In this document: positions 17,678-27,117 of the stretch, one piece after another
How positions within the stretch are numbered: the first letter of the stretch is position 1
Layout of the letters: every line of letters begins with the position of its first letter
Assembly: GCA_903849645.1 (NCBI GenBank)
Contig: CAINJJ010000034.1
Location: 164,491-228,490 of the forward strand
DNA: 64,000 bases
Reading direction: 5' to 3'
Source of the DNA: an uncultured Acidobacteriaceae bacterium
Lineage (GTDB): Bacteria > Acidobacteriota > Terriglobia > Terriglobales > Acidobacteriaceae
Position numbers and translations under genes: made by a program
The notes under the pieces: generated by a model
Databases searched by the model: none
What the model was told of the DNA's origin: nothing
The model's input: the letters and a program-made list of their open reading frames with translations, nothing else

Positions 17678-20377
17678 ATGAAAACGCGGATGCCCCTCCC
17701 CATCATGAAGACCGCCTCCCTGCTCCTTGCCGCCCTTGCGTGCGCCGCCACCCTCCCGGCTCAGACCGGCGTCACCGCCACACTGCCCAACGGCCGATCA
17801 ATCCATCCCGCCGGCAACTGGATTCCCCTCGCCCCTTATCCCTTCGCCGTGGCGCTCCGCCCCGACGGCCAACAGGCCGCCGCGCCCTCCATCGGCTTCC
17901 CCTTCGCCCTGAACGTCATTGACCAGCCTGCCACCCCAAACCCCCATGTCCGCCGCATGCCCGATGGCGAGCAGAATGACCCCTCCATCGAGGTCCATGC
18001 CGGCCTCGCCTACTCCCCTGACGGGTCCACCCTCTGGGTCGCCACTGGCGACTCCGGCAAGATCCGCGCCTACCGCACCGCCGACTGGAAGCCAGCGGGC
18101 GAGGTTTCGCTCGACGGATCCATTCAGGGCAGGGAATCCACGGGTAGCTTTGCCGCCACTCTCGCCGTCTCCCCCGACGGCCGCACCCTCTACGCGCTCG
18201 ACCAGGGCAACTGGCGCATCGTCCTGCTGGACGCGGCCAGCCTGGAACGGCTCGCCGAAGCCCCCACCGGAACCTACCCCTTCGGGCTCGCCCTATCCCC
18301 CGACGGCGCAAGACTCTACGTCACCAACACCGGCCTCTTCGAATACACGCCCATCCCCGGCGCGAACCCCAAAGACCTGATCGGCTCGGGCCTCCGTTTC
18401 CCGCCCTTCGGATTTCCCTCCAAAGCCGCGCGCCAGGGCTCCGTGGCGGAGGGCAAGCAGATTCCCGGCCTCGGCGACGAGAACTCAACCCGCGGCAGCT
18501 CCCTCTGGACCTATGACCTCCGCGACCGCCTTCATCCTGCTGTCACCGCAAAGCTCCGCCTCGGGACCAAAATCTCCGAGGTGGCAGGACAGACCGTCGG
18601 GGGCGCGGCGCCCAGCGGCGTAGCCGCGGCCCCCGACGCTGTCTACGTCGCCCTCGCCCACGAAGACGCCGTAGCCAGAGTGACCGCCGACGGAACCCAA
18701 CTCCTCGCCCAGGCCGCGCTCTCCCCCTTCCCTGGGTCCTCGTTCGACTCCCTTTCCAAAGACGCCCAGGGAAGGCCCCTGCGCGGCGTCATGCCCAGCG
18801 GCGTTGCCGTTCGCGATGGGCGCCTCTACGTCGCCGAAGCCGGCATCGACGCTGTCGCGGTCCTCGACGCCGCCTCGCTCCAGGTCATCGAACACATTCC
18901 CGCCGGCTGGAACCCCTCCGCCGTCGCCCTCTCGCCCGACGGCAAGACCCTCTATGCCGTCAACACCAAGGGCAAGGGCGCCGGGCCCAACGCGGGCAAG
19001 GGCCACGACCCCAAAATGCCCACCTATGTCGGCTCCCTCGAACTCGGCAGCCTCAGCGCCATTGACCTCGCCTCACTGCCTCCCGCCGCCGATTTGACTG
19101 CCGAGGTGATTGCCGCCAACACCTTCGCCGTCGCCCATCAGCCCACCCTCCCCAGGCTCCGCCACTGCTTCCTCGTCATCCGTGAAAACCGCACCTATGA
19201 CGAAGTCCTGGGCGATGTAGCCGGAACCAACGGCGACCCCTCCCTTGCCCGCTACGGACTCGACGGCTGGGCCGAGGAGCAGAAGTCCGCCACTCACCTC
19301 AAGGTCACCCCCAACCTCCACGCCCTCGCCGCCCGCTACGCCATCGGCGACAACTTCGACGTGGACTCCGACGTCTCGGCCGACGGCCACCGCTGGGTCC
19401 TGGGCATCAACCCCACTCCCTTCTTCAATACCGCCTGGAGCTCCGGCTACGGCGGCCGAAGGCACGATTTTGCCGGCTCCCCCCAGCCCGGCCGGCGCGC
19501 CCTCTTTGGCGGGGCAGACGCCCCGATGCCCGAGGATGAGCCCCAGTTCGGCTCCCTCTGGGAGCACGTCGCCGCCTCCGGCAAAGGCATCCTCAACTAC
19601 GGCGAAGGCCTCGAGATCGAGGGCAACGCCGAGATCGATGGCACAGCGCCCGAGGGCCAGCGGCTTTTTCTCAACTCGCCCCTGCCCCAGCCCGTCTTTG
19701 AGTCCACTGACCGGCGCTTTCCCACCTTCAACCTCGGCATCCCCGACCAGTTCCGCGTCGAGGAGTTCGAGCGCGACTTCAACCGCAGGCTGGCCGCCGG
19801 CAAGGTTCCGGCGCTGATCGTCATCCGCCTGCCCAACGACCACACCGCCGAGCCCCGTCCCGCCGACGGCTACCCCTACCGCGCCTCCTACGTGGCCGAC
19901 AACGACCTGGCCCTCGGACGCATCGTCGCTTACCTCTCCAAGACCTCCATCTGGAAGGACTCGGCCCTCTTTGTCACCGAAGACGACGCCCAGGGCGGCG
20001 TGGACCATGTCGACGCCCACCGCAGCATCCTGCTCGTGGCCAGCCCATGGGTCAAGCCCGGCTCCGTCTCCCGCGAGCACACCAGCATGGGCTCCATCAC
20101 CCGCACCATCGACGAGCTGCTCGGCCTGGGGTCCATGAATCTTGAAGACGCCCTGGCCGGCGAAATCACCGGAATCTTTGACGCCAGAGCCCACCTCGAT
20201 CCCTTCTCCGCCCGCCCCTCTGACCCCCGCGTCTTCGATGCCGCCAAGGCCCGCATCGCCCGCCCCAAGACCAAACAGGAGGCCGCCGCCCTGCGCGACG
20301 TCGATGACGCCGACGAAATCCGCAAGGAGGTTGAGAAGTCCGCCCGCCGGCGCCGCAATCCAAATCAGACCGATTGA
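17678..20377 (+). CDS. Secreted YncE/YVTN beta-propeller fused to a phosphoesterase (AcpA/PlcN family) domain
   Basis: Signal peptide (MKTASLLLAALACAATLPAQ; alternative start 17705). Repeated SPDG..LY.. propeller blades. The C-terminal half has phosphoesterase motifs (VIRENRTYDEVLG, RLPNDHTA, VTEDDAQGGVDHVDAHRS). Confidence 0.75.
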   Translation: MKTRMPLPIMKTASLLLAALACAATLPAQTGVTATLPNGRSIHPAGNWIPLAPYPFAVALRPDGQQAAAPSIGFPFALNVIDQPATPNPHVRRMPDGEQNDPSIEVHAGLAYSPDGSTLWVATGDSGKIRAYRTADWKPAGEVSLDGSIQGRESTGSFAATLAVSPDGRTLYALDQGNWRIVLLDAASLERLAEAPTGTYPFGLALSPDGARLYVTNTGLFEYTPIPGANPKDLIGSGLRFPPFGFPSKAARQGSVAEGKQIPGLGDENSTRGSSLWTYDLRDRLHPAVTAKLRLGTKISEVAGQTVGGAAPSGVAAAPDAVYVALAHEDAVARVTADGTQLLAQAALSPFPGSSFDSLSKDAQGRPLRGVMPSGVAVRDGRLYVAEAGIDAVAVLDAASLQVIEHIPAGWNPSAVALSPDGKTLYAVNTKGKGAGPNAGKGHDPKMPTYVGSLELGSLSAIDLASLPPAADLTAEVIAANTFAVAHQPTLPRLRHCFLVIRENRTYDEVLGDVAGTNGDPSLARYGLDGWAEEQKSATHLKVTPNLHALAARYAIGDNFDVDSDVSADGHRWVLGINPTPFFNTAWSSGYGGRRHDFAGSPQPGRRALFGGADAPMPEDEPQFGSLWEHVAASGKGILNYGEGLEIEGNAEIDGTAPEGQRLFLNSPLPQPVFESTDRRFPTFNLGIPDQFRVEEFERDFNRRLAAGKVPALIVIRLPNDHTAEPRPADGYPYRASYVADNDLALGRIVAYLSKTSIWKDSALFVTEDDAQGGVDHVDAHRSILLVASPWVKPGSVSREHTSMGSITRTIDELLGLGSMNLEDALAGEITGIFDARAHLDPFSARPSDPRVFDAAKARIARPKTKQEAAALRDVDDADEIRKEVEKSARRRRNPNQTD

Positions 20378-20925
20378 CGCCGCAAGGACCGCCCGGAGGC
20401 CCTCCCTGTCCCCCTTTTACCTTTTTGTAACCGAAAATTCACAATCCACGGATAAAGGCCCGCCAAATCCAGGCTTGTCGGGCCCTTCCACACGGAATTT
20501 GCGCAAAACGAACCGGTTTTTGTGCATTGCTTCTTCAGTTCTTGATAAAAAGGCTGGACTTACACGCAAAAACTTCGTAGCTTAAACTTCAATCCACGGA
20601 CTCTTCCCCGTTCGAGCCCGCCGGATTCAACAACCTGTAACCAAGCGCAAGTAGCCTGAAGCAGTCGCGGTGCTTTGAAGTTCAGGCAGCCGAAGGGACC
20701 CCCTTCACCCATTCGGTATTTTTCGCCCGGGCTTTCAAGATCGCGGCCAGATGCCCCGAACGATGAGGCTTAACAGAAACTACTGAACACCTGCCTCCCC
20801 GTTTGGACACCTCAACGATCCCCGTATTTCCCCCTCCCTCGCCCTCGGGAGAACCCTGGGACCGAGTTTCTTCACGCTACGCAACCGAACCTTGTCCATG
20901 ACCCACTTTCAGGAGACAGTGATCC

Positions 20926-23900
20926 ATGCATAGACGCACCCTTTCCAGTTGGCACCCCATGCTGAAGCGGACCCTTTCGCTCCTCAGCCTGCTGCTCGTG
21001 CTTGCCCTCGCTTGTTCGCAGAGCCGGGCGCAATCCACCCAGGGCTCCATCGTCGGCTCCGTCAAGGACGCCGCCGGAGCCGTCGTCCCGGGCGCTGTCA
21101 TCACCCTGACCAACACCGATGAGGGAACGGTCCGCACCGGCAAGTCCAACGGGGTCGGCGACTATCGCTTCCTCGACGCCAAGGCCGGCCACTATTCTTT
21201 GACTGTCGCCTCCCCCACCTTCCAGAACTGGAGCGCCTCCGGCATCGTCCTCGCCGTCCGCCAGGAACTGCGTGTCGACGTCAGCCTCGCCATCGGCGCC
21301 ATCCAGCAGGAAGTCAAGGTCACCGGCGACAACGTAAGCGCCATCGAGACCGATTCGCCCACCATCAGCGGCACCTTCACCACCGACGACGCCAACAACC
21401 TCCCCGTCAACACCCGCGCCAGCTTCAGCGGCACCAGCGCCGCCGGCATCCTGGGAACCCTTCCCGGCATGCAGGACGACAGCTCCGGCATCTCCCTCCA
21501 GGGCGCATTGCCCTACCAGGTCGAGGTCACCATCGATGGCGTCACCACCAAGAGCGCCACCGGCGGCAGCTTCATCGGCGACGCCTTCCCCTCCACCGAG
21601 TCCATCTCCGAGATCCGCGCCGACGGCGTGCTCGCCAATGCCGAATATGGTGACCCGGCCCAGGTCGTGGTCACCACCAAGGGCGGCAGCAACACCATCC
21701 ACGGCTCCGGCTTCTGGTACTACCAGAACTCCGCCTTTGACGCCATCCCCTACACCTACCCCACCACCAAGTCCAAGGCCAGCGTAACCGGCAACACCTT
21801 CGGCGGCAGCGCCGGCGGTCCCGTGGTCATTCCAGGCCTCTACAACGGGCACAACAAGACCTTCTTCTTCGGCGCCTACGAGGGCTGGCGTCACCCGGCG
21901 CAGACCACCATCTCCGAAGTGGTGCCCTCCACACTCATGAAGCAGGGCGACTTCTCCAAGTACGTGGTGCCCGACGGCAAGGGCGGCAACGCCTTCACCG
22001 GGCTGACCAATCCCTACACCGGCGCCAGCTACGGGACGAAGATCAGCTCGACCCTCAGCCCCATCGCCCTGAGCACCCTCAAGCAGTTCTATCCCGACCC
22101 CAACATCGGCGACCCCACCGCCTATACCGACAACGGCGTGGCCAACTACCAGGCCAAGGTGGACGCCAGCGGCCACTCCAACCAGTTCGACGTGCGCGGC
22201 GACCAGTACTTCGGCGCCAACCAGAAGTTCCTCCTCTGGGGCAAGTTCACCTGGAAGAACTTCCCCACCAGCAGCCCCGAGCAGCTCCTGGTTCCCTCCC
22301 AGCTCAACACCAGCCAGAACCGCGCCCTCAAGGTGGACACCAACTGGAGCATCAAGCCCAACCTCATCAACGAAGGCGGCTTCGGCTACACCCTCTATAC
22401 CAACGGCAGCACCGACAGCTTCAACGGCACGGCGTGGACCCAGAAGCAGGGCTGGCAGGGGTTGCAGAACCTCTTCTACAACGGCATTCCGGAGATGGAC
22501 TTCAATAACCTCCAGAGCCTGAGCGCCGACCGCCTCACCGGCCTTACCAAGTCCAACACCTTCGACTACAGCGACGTGCTCATCTGGAGCAAGGGCAACC
22601 ATACGCTCAAGTTCGGCGGCAACATCCAGACCCTCGAGGCAATCACGCCCCTCGGCTTCAACGGCTCCGACAACTTTGGAACCTACCAGTTCAACAGCTC
22701 CGGCAGCGCCGGCATGTTCACTGGCGTCGACTTTGCCGACTTCCTCCTCGGCCTGCCCAACCAGACCTTCTATGACGTGGTCAAGCAGGACAACGACGGC
22801 GTCTCCGGCCACTACCATGTCTTTGCCCAGGACGAGTGGCGCGTCAACCAGCGGCTCACTCTCTCCTATGGCGTCCGCTACGAACTGCACCCCGGCTACT
22901 ACGACAAGTACGGCGACATCGGCAACTTTGACCCCACCGTGGCCGGCGCAGGCCGCGTCATCTATCCCACCGGCAAGCAGTCCCTGCTGGCCACCAGCTT
23001 CCTGGCCAGCGCCAACGCCTGCGACCCCGACGGCATCACCAACACCAACAACGCCACCGTCAACGGCGCGCCCTGCATGGCCGTTACCGGCAACTCGGCG
23101 GCCGGCTATCCCTCCGGCCTCAAGAAGTTTCCCCACCTCCGCTTCATGCCCCGCGTAGGCTTTGCCTATCGCCCCTTCGGCAACAACAACTGGGCCATCC
23201 GCGGCGGCGCCGGCCTTTACAACATCAACATGCTGGGCTCCAGCTTCTACTCCCTCACTGGCACCGTACAGGCCCAGACCCAGCAGTTCTCCAACACCTA
23301 CGACTCCACCTCCCACGCCATCGGCTACCAGTGGCCGGCCATCTATGCCGGCGCGGGTTCCACCGGTTGCACCACCTGCTACGGCACCGACTATTTCGGC
23401 ACCGCCAACAGCATCAACTGGAAGGACCCCTACACCGAGCAGTGGTCGCTCAGCGTGGACCATGACTTCGGCTCCGGCTACGCGGCGCGCGCCTCCTACA
23501 TCGGCTCCGAGACCCGTCAGCTTGTCTGGGCCCCTGATGAGAACACGCTCCCCTACTCCACCAGCGTCTCGGCCTTCAACAACTCCATCAGCAACCGGCT
23601 CTTCCCCAACTGGGGCCGCATCAACACCCGCGCCACAGGCGCCAACTCCAGCTACGAGTCGTTCCAGATCGAAGCCAGCCATCGCCTCCAGCAGGGTCTC
23701 GAGTTCCACTCCGGGCTGACATTCGCTCGCGCCATGGCCGACAACCAGGGTCCGGCGAATACGAGCTTCGGCGGAGAAGGCGGCGGACAGCGCGCCACCT
23801 CGGTGCTCAACCGCCACGTCGACTTCGGCCACGTCTACGGAACCCGCAGACTCCACTGGAACACCACCGCCCTCTATGACCTGCCCATCGGCCGTGGAAA

Positions 23901-24567
23901 GCTCATCGGCGGCGACATGTCCCGCGCGGCCGACCTGGTGGCCGGCGGATGGCGTCTCTCCTCCATCCTCACCCTCCAGACTGGTCCTTACCTCACCCCC
24001 TACTTCCCCAACGGCCAGGGCGACCCCTCCGGCACCGGTTCGGGCCTCAACGGCAACTACGGCAATGGCACCGGCAGCTTTGACGGTGGCCACCGCAACC
24101 AGCACGCCGACTCCGTCCCCGGCGTCAGCCTCAACCCCGCCAACAAGAACCGCTACTCCTGGATCAACTCCAAGGCCTTCGCCTGCCCCGGTGACACCAC
24201 CTGGACGGCCGGCAACCCCTGCGGAACGGGCGCGGGCTTCACCCCCTCGCTTGGACCGAGCGGCGTCGTCTTCACCCCCAACAGCGCCCATCCTCTGCCC
24301 ATCGGCCGCTTCGGCAACAGCCCCGTCGGCTCCGTCGAGGGTCCCGGGCTTATCAACCTCTCCGCCGGCCTCAACAAGACCTTCACCCTCACCGAGCGCT
24401 TCAAGGTCAAGGCCGAAGGCACCTTTACCAACGTCCTCAACCACACCAACCTCGGTAATCCGGAGACGAACCTCAGCTCTTCAAGCTTCGGTCTCGTCAC
24501 CAACGCCATCAGCTCCAGCTTTGGCGGCGCAAGAACCGGCCAGATCTCCATCCGCGCCGAGTTCTAA
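20926..24567 (+). CDS. TonB-dependent-receptor-like outer-membrane protein with N-terminal CarboxypepD_reg domain
   Basis: AGGAGA lies 9 nt upstream of the ATG. Signal peptide present. CarboxypepD_reg signature GSIVGSVKDAAGAVVPGAVITLTN...GVGDYRF. Long beta-barrel-like Y/G/N/T-rich body that ends in aromatic F. Confidence 0.85.
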   Translation: MHRRTLSSWHPMLKRTLSLLSLLLVLALACSQSRAQSTQGSIVGSVKDAAGAVVPGAVITLTNTDEGTVRTGKSNGVGDYRFLDAKAGHYSLTVASPTFQNWSASGIVLAVRQELRVDVSLAIGAIQQEVKVTGDNVSAIETDSPTISGTFTTDDANNLPVNTRASFSGTSAAGILGTLPGMQDDSSGISLQGALPYQVEVTIDGVTTKSATGGSFIGDAFPSTESISEIRADGVLANAEYGDPAQVVVTTKGGSNTIHGSGFWYYQNSAFDAIPYTYPTTKSKASVTGNTFGGSAGGPVVIPGLYNGHNKTFFFGAYEGWRHPAQTTISEVVPSTLMKQGDFSKYVVPDGKGGNAFTGLTNPYTGASYGTKISSTLSPIALSTLKQFYPDPNIGDPTAYTDNGVANYQAKVDASGHSNQFDVRGDQYFGANQKFLLWGKFTWKNFPTSSPEQLLVPSQLNTSQNRALKVDTNWSIKPNLINEGGFGYTLYTNGSTDSFNGTAWTQKQGWQGLQNLFYNGIPEMDFNNLQSLSADRLTGLTKSNTFDYSDVLIWSKGNHTLKFGGNIQTLEAITPLGFNGSDNFGTYQFNSSGSAGMFTGVDFADFLLGLPNQTFYDVVKQDNDGVSGHYHVFAQDEWRVNQRLTLSYGVRYELHPGYYDKYGDIGNFDPTVAGAGRVIYPTGKQSLLATSFLASANACDPDGITNTNNATVNGAPCMAVTGNSAAGYPSGLKKFPHLRFMPRVGFAYRPFGNNNWAIRGGAGLYNINMLGSSFYSLTGTVQAQTQQFSNTYDSTSHAIGYQWPAIYAGAGSTGCTTCYGTDYFGTANSINWKDPYTEQWSLSVDHDFGSGYAARASYIGSETRQLVWAPDENTLPYSTSVSAFNNSISNRLFPNWGRINTRATGANSSYESFQIEASHRLQQGLEFHSGLTFARAMADNQGPANTSFGGEGGGQRATSVLNRHVDFGHVYGTRRLHWNTTALYDLPIGRGKLIGGDMSRAADLVAGGWRLSSILTLQTGPYLTPYFPNGQGDPSGTGSGLNGNYGNGTGSFDGGHRNQHADSVPGVSLNPANKNRYSWINSKAFACPGDTTWTAGNPCGTGAGFTPSLGPSGVVFTPNSAHPLPIGRFGNSPVGSVEGPGLINLSAGLNKTFTLTERFKVKAEGTFTNVLNHTNLGNPETNLSSSSFGLVTNAISSSFGGARTGQISIRAEF

Positions 24568-24590
24568 ACCTCATCGCACGATTCACACAC

Positions 24591-24628
24591 GGCGCGGACC
24601 CCTCCGGGTTCGCGCCGTTTCCTTTTTG
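24591..24628 (+). terminator. Rho-independent terminator after the OMP gene
   Basis: GGCGCGGACCC-ctcc-GGGTTCGCGCC forms an 11-bp stem with one G-U pair. It is followed by GTTTCCTTTTTGG. Confidence 0.7.
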
Positions 24629-24896
24629 GTTCAGGAACGACAGCAGCGGCGCCTGAAGCACCAAAAGTTCAATTTGGCTCATTCACTCCCCTTTGCAACT
24701 CCTTATACTGATGCTGCGTCCAATGCTAAGAAGTGGACGCGGAGTTTTCACCTCCGCCCCTGATGCGCGGCTCACACCTGTCAGGCTGTGCTCATCGGCG
24801 GACCCCAATGCGGCGCAGTTCGGTCCTTTGCGGCGCGGTTACCATTTTTGATACGCTCAGGCATTCCTCATGCCGGGCAGAAGGAGAGTTTTCATC

Positions 24897-25289
24897 ATGG
24901 CTGAAGAAAACAAGTTGAATGGTTTGGCGTGGTTTCTGGCTGGTCTGGGCGTGGGAGCCCTCGTTGGCATCCTCTATGCCCCCAAGAGCGGGCGCGAAAC
25001 CCGTGAAGACATCGTCTCGGGCGCCCGCGAAGGCACCGAATACCTCCGTACCCGCACCCGTCAGGCCGCCGATCAGGTCGGCACCCTTGTTGACCGCAGC
25101 AAGGAACAGGTCGGCGAATACGTGGAGCGCGGCCGCGAAGTGGTAGATCGCGGGCGGGCCCAGTGGGAAGAGTTCGTCGAGCGCGGCAAGAACCTGGTGA
25201 CCGAGCAGACCAGCCGCGTGAGCGCCGCCGTCGACGCCGGCCGTCAGGCCTACAAGACCACCGTGGTCGCCGAACCCACCGAAAACTAG
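24897..25289 (+). CDS. YtxH domain protein (general-stress-type membrane-associated protein)
   Basis: MAEENKLNGLAWFLAGLGVGALVGILYAPKSGRETREDI is the classic YtxH N-terminus. AAGGAGAG lies 8 nt upstream of ATG 24897, so the track start 24870 is less likely. Confidence 0.8.
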   Translation: MAEENKLNGLAWFLAGLGVGALVGILYAPKSGRETREDIVSGAREGTEYLRTRTRQAADQVGTLVDRSKEQVGEYVERGREVVDRGRAQWEEFVERGKNLVTEQTSRVSAAVDAGRQAYKTTVVAEPTEN

Positions 25290-25298
25290 CCCCTCTTC

Positions 25299-25332
25299 CT
25301 CAGCGGGCCGGATACGCATCCGGCCCGCTGAG
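25299..25332 (+). other. Perfect 15-bp GC-rich hairpin between ytxH-like and the next gene
   Basis: CTCAGCGGGCCGGAT-acgc-ATCCGGCCCGCTGAG. No U-tract follows, so it may be a stabiliser, a processing site or a weak terminator. Confidence 0.45.
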
Positions 25333-25485
25333 TTCGCACCCCGCCACCCAGAATTCTGACGCCGGAACTGGAACCCGGCGGCCCGGTCGGCCGCTCCGGG
25401 ACTTTGCACTCCGTCCCGGCCTGGTGAGCGCAACAGCCCCTCCCCCTCAACCGGGCCCGCACACACGCTGCGCGAGATCAATCCA

Positions 25486-26025
25486 ATGCCAAAGTTCGAC
25501 AATGAAACACTGATGCTGGTCTTTGTCGCCGTCACCGGCCTGGCTGTCCTGCTGCAGGCCGTCATCCTCGTGGCCATCGCCGCCACCCTCGGCAAGGCCG
25601 TCCGCTCCATCAAGGAAGAGTCCGAGGAGTTCCGCGCCTCCGTCATGCCGGTGCTTGAAAACACCCGCGACCTGCTCGCCGTCTCCCGCGACCTCTTCAA
25701 TCGCGTCGCTCCCAAGGTCGAGTCCGCCGCCGGCGACCTGGCTGAAATCACCCGGAACCTGCGCGCTCAAAGCGCCGACCTCGAGTCCTCCACCCACGAA
25801 ATCCTGGCCCGGGTCCGCAACCAGAGCGGCCGTCTCGACGGCATGTTGTCCAGCGTCCTTGACGCCGTGGACCGCGCCGGCAACTTCGTCACCGATGTGG
25901 TCTCGCGCCCCGTGCGGCAGTTCTCCGGCATCGTCGCCTCTGTGAAGGCCGCGGTCGAGACCCTGGGCCGCCGTTCCAGCGAGGGCCGACCCACCCACTC
26001 CTCCGATCACGACTCCTTTATCTAG
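25486..26025 (+). CDS. Membrane-anchored helical-repeat protein, DUF948-like
   Basis: One N-terminal TM helix (LMLVFVAVTGLAVLLQAVILVAIAA) followed by an amphipathic helical region. Partnered with YtxH. Confidence 0.6.
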   Translation: MPKFDNETLMLVFVAVTGLAVLLQAVILVAIAATLGKAVRSIKEESEEFRASVMPVLENTRDLLAVSRDLFNRVAPKVESAAGDLAEITRNLRAQSADLESSTHEILARVRNQSGRLDGMLSSVLDAVDRAGNFVTDVVSRPVRQFSGIVASVKAAVETLGRRSSEGRPTHSSDHDSFI

Positions 26026-26052
26026 CCCGCCACTTCCCCCGAGGTCCACTCC

Positions 26053-27117
26053 ATGAAGTCAGCCAACCTTCTGGCGACTCTTGCCTCCGCACTCCTCCTG
26101 CCCCTTTGCGTCGCGCAGCCCACGCCCAAAGCCGCCCTGCTCGCCCTTTCCAAGCAGGACCACACCCTGTTGATTGTCGACCCCTCGATGCTCCAGATTC
26201 TGGCCCGCATCCCGGTTGGCGACGACCCGCATGAGGTGGTGGCCTCGGCCGACGGCAAAACTGCCTACGTCTCCAACTACGGCTTCGGCGCCTTCCACAC
26301 CCTCACCATCATCGACCTCATCGGCCAGAAACCCGCCGGCCAGATCGACCTTGGCGCCCTGCGCGGCCCGCACGGCCTCGACTTCCAGCAGGACAAGGTC
26401 TGGTTCACCGCCGAAGCCGCCAAGGTCATCGGCAGCTACTCGCCCGCGGAGGCCAAAATCGACTGGGTCATGGGCACAGGCCAGGACCGCACCCACATGA
26501 TCTATGTCTTCCCCGATGGCAAGCGGATTCTCACCACCAACGTCAGCTCCGCCACCGTCACCATCTTTGACAAGACCGAAGGCCGCGCTGGTGGCCCCCC
26601 GCCGGGAATGCCCCCTCCCGGCGCGCCCGGAGCAGGCGGACCGCCTCCCGGCCCCATGCCCACCCCGCCCGGCGGCGACTGGAAGCTCACCGTGCTCCCC
26701 GTAGGCCGCGGAGCCGAGGGCTTCGACGTCACCCCCGATGGCAAGGAAGCCTGGGTCGCCAACGCCCAGGAGGGCTCCATCACCGTCATCGACCTGGTTG
26801 CCAAAAAGGTCCTCGTCACCCTCGACGCCAAGGTGCCCGGCGCGAACCGTCTCAAGTTCACCCCGGATGGCAAGCGTGTGCTGGTCACCCCCGGCTCGGC
26901 GCTGGTGGTCTTTGACTCCGCCACCCGCAAGGAGATCAAGCGCCTCGACGCGGTGCACGGCTCCGGCGGCATCCAGATGCAGCCCGACGGCGCGCAGGCC
27001 TACGTGGCCTGCGGACGCGACGGCTACGTCGCCGTCATCGACCTCAAGACCCTTGAAATGATTGCCAAAATTGAAATCGCCAGCCCCGACGGCCTGGCCT
27101 GGGCCGTGCGACCCTAG
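26053..27117 (+). CDS. Secreted YVTN-family beta-propeller protein with a Pro/Gly-rich insert
   Basis: Signal peptide present. Repeated blades (DGKTAYVSNYG, DGKEAWVANAQEGSITVIDL, DGAQAYVACGRDGYVAVIDL). The P/G-rich loop is encoded at about 26581-26675. Confidence 0.75.
   Translation: MKSANLLATLASALLLPLCVAQPTPKAALLALSKQDHTLLIVDPSMLQILARIPVGDDPHEVVASADGKTAYVSNYGFGAFHTLTIIDLIGQKPAGQIDLGALRGPHGLDFQQDKVWFTAEAAKVIGSYSPAEAKIDWVMGTGQDRTHMIYVFPDGKRILTTNVSSATVTIFDKTEGRAGGPPPGMPPPGAPGAGGPPPGPMPTPPGGDWKLTVLPVGRGAEGFDVTPDGKEAWVANAQEGSITVIDLVAKKVLVTLDAKVPGANRLKFTPDGKRVLVTPGSALVVFDSATRKEIKRLDAVHGSGGIQMQPDGAQAYVACGRDGYVAVIDLKTLEMIAKIEIASPDGLAWAVRP

Noticed and set aside
20872-24444. 1190-aa minus-strand ORF covering the whole first TonB-type OMP gene
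   Set aside because: The translation is G/A/V/D/E-rich low complexity with no motifs. It is the mirror frame of a strongly GC3-biased gene, and stop-free antisense frames are expected in high-G+C DNA. The plus-strand product has a signal peptide, a CarboxypepD_reg domain and a barrel terminus.
24792-25751. 319-aa minus-strand ORF across the YtxH and DUF948-like genes
   Set aside because: It is antisense to two genes that have clear start signals and family-typical N-termini. Its translation is featureless.
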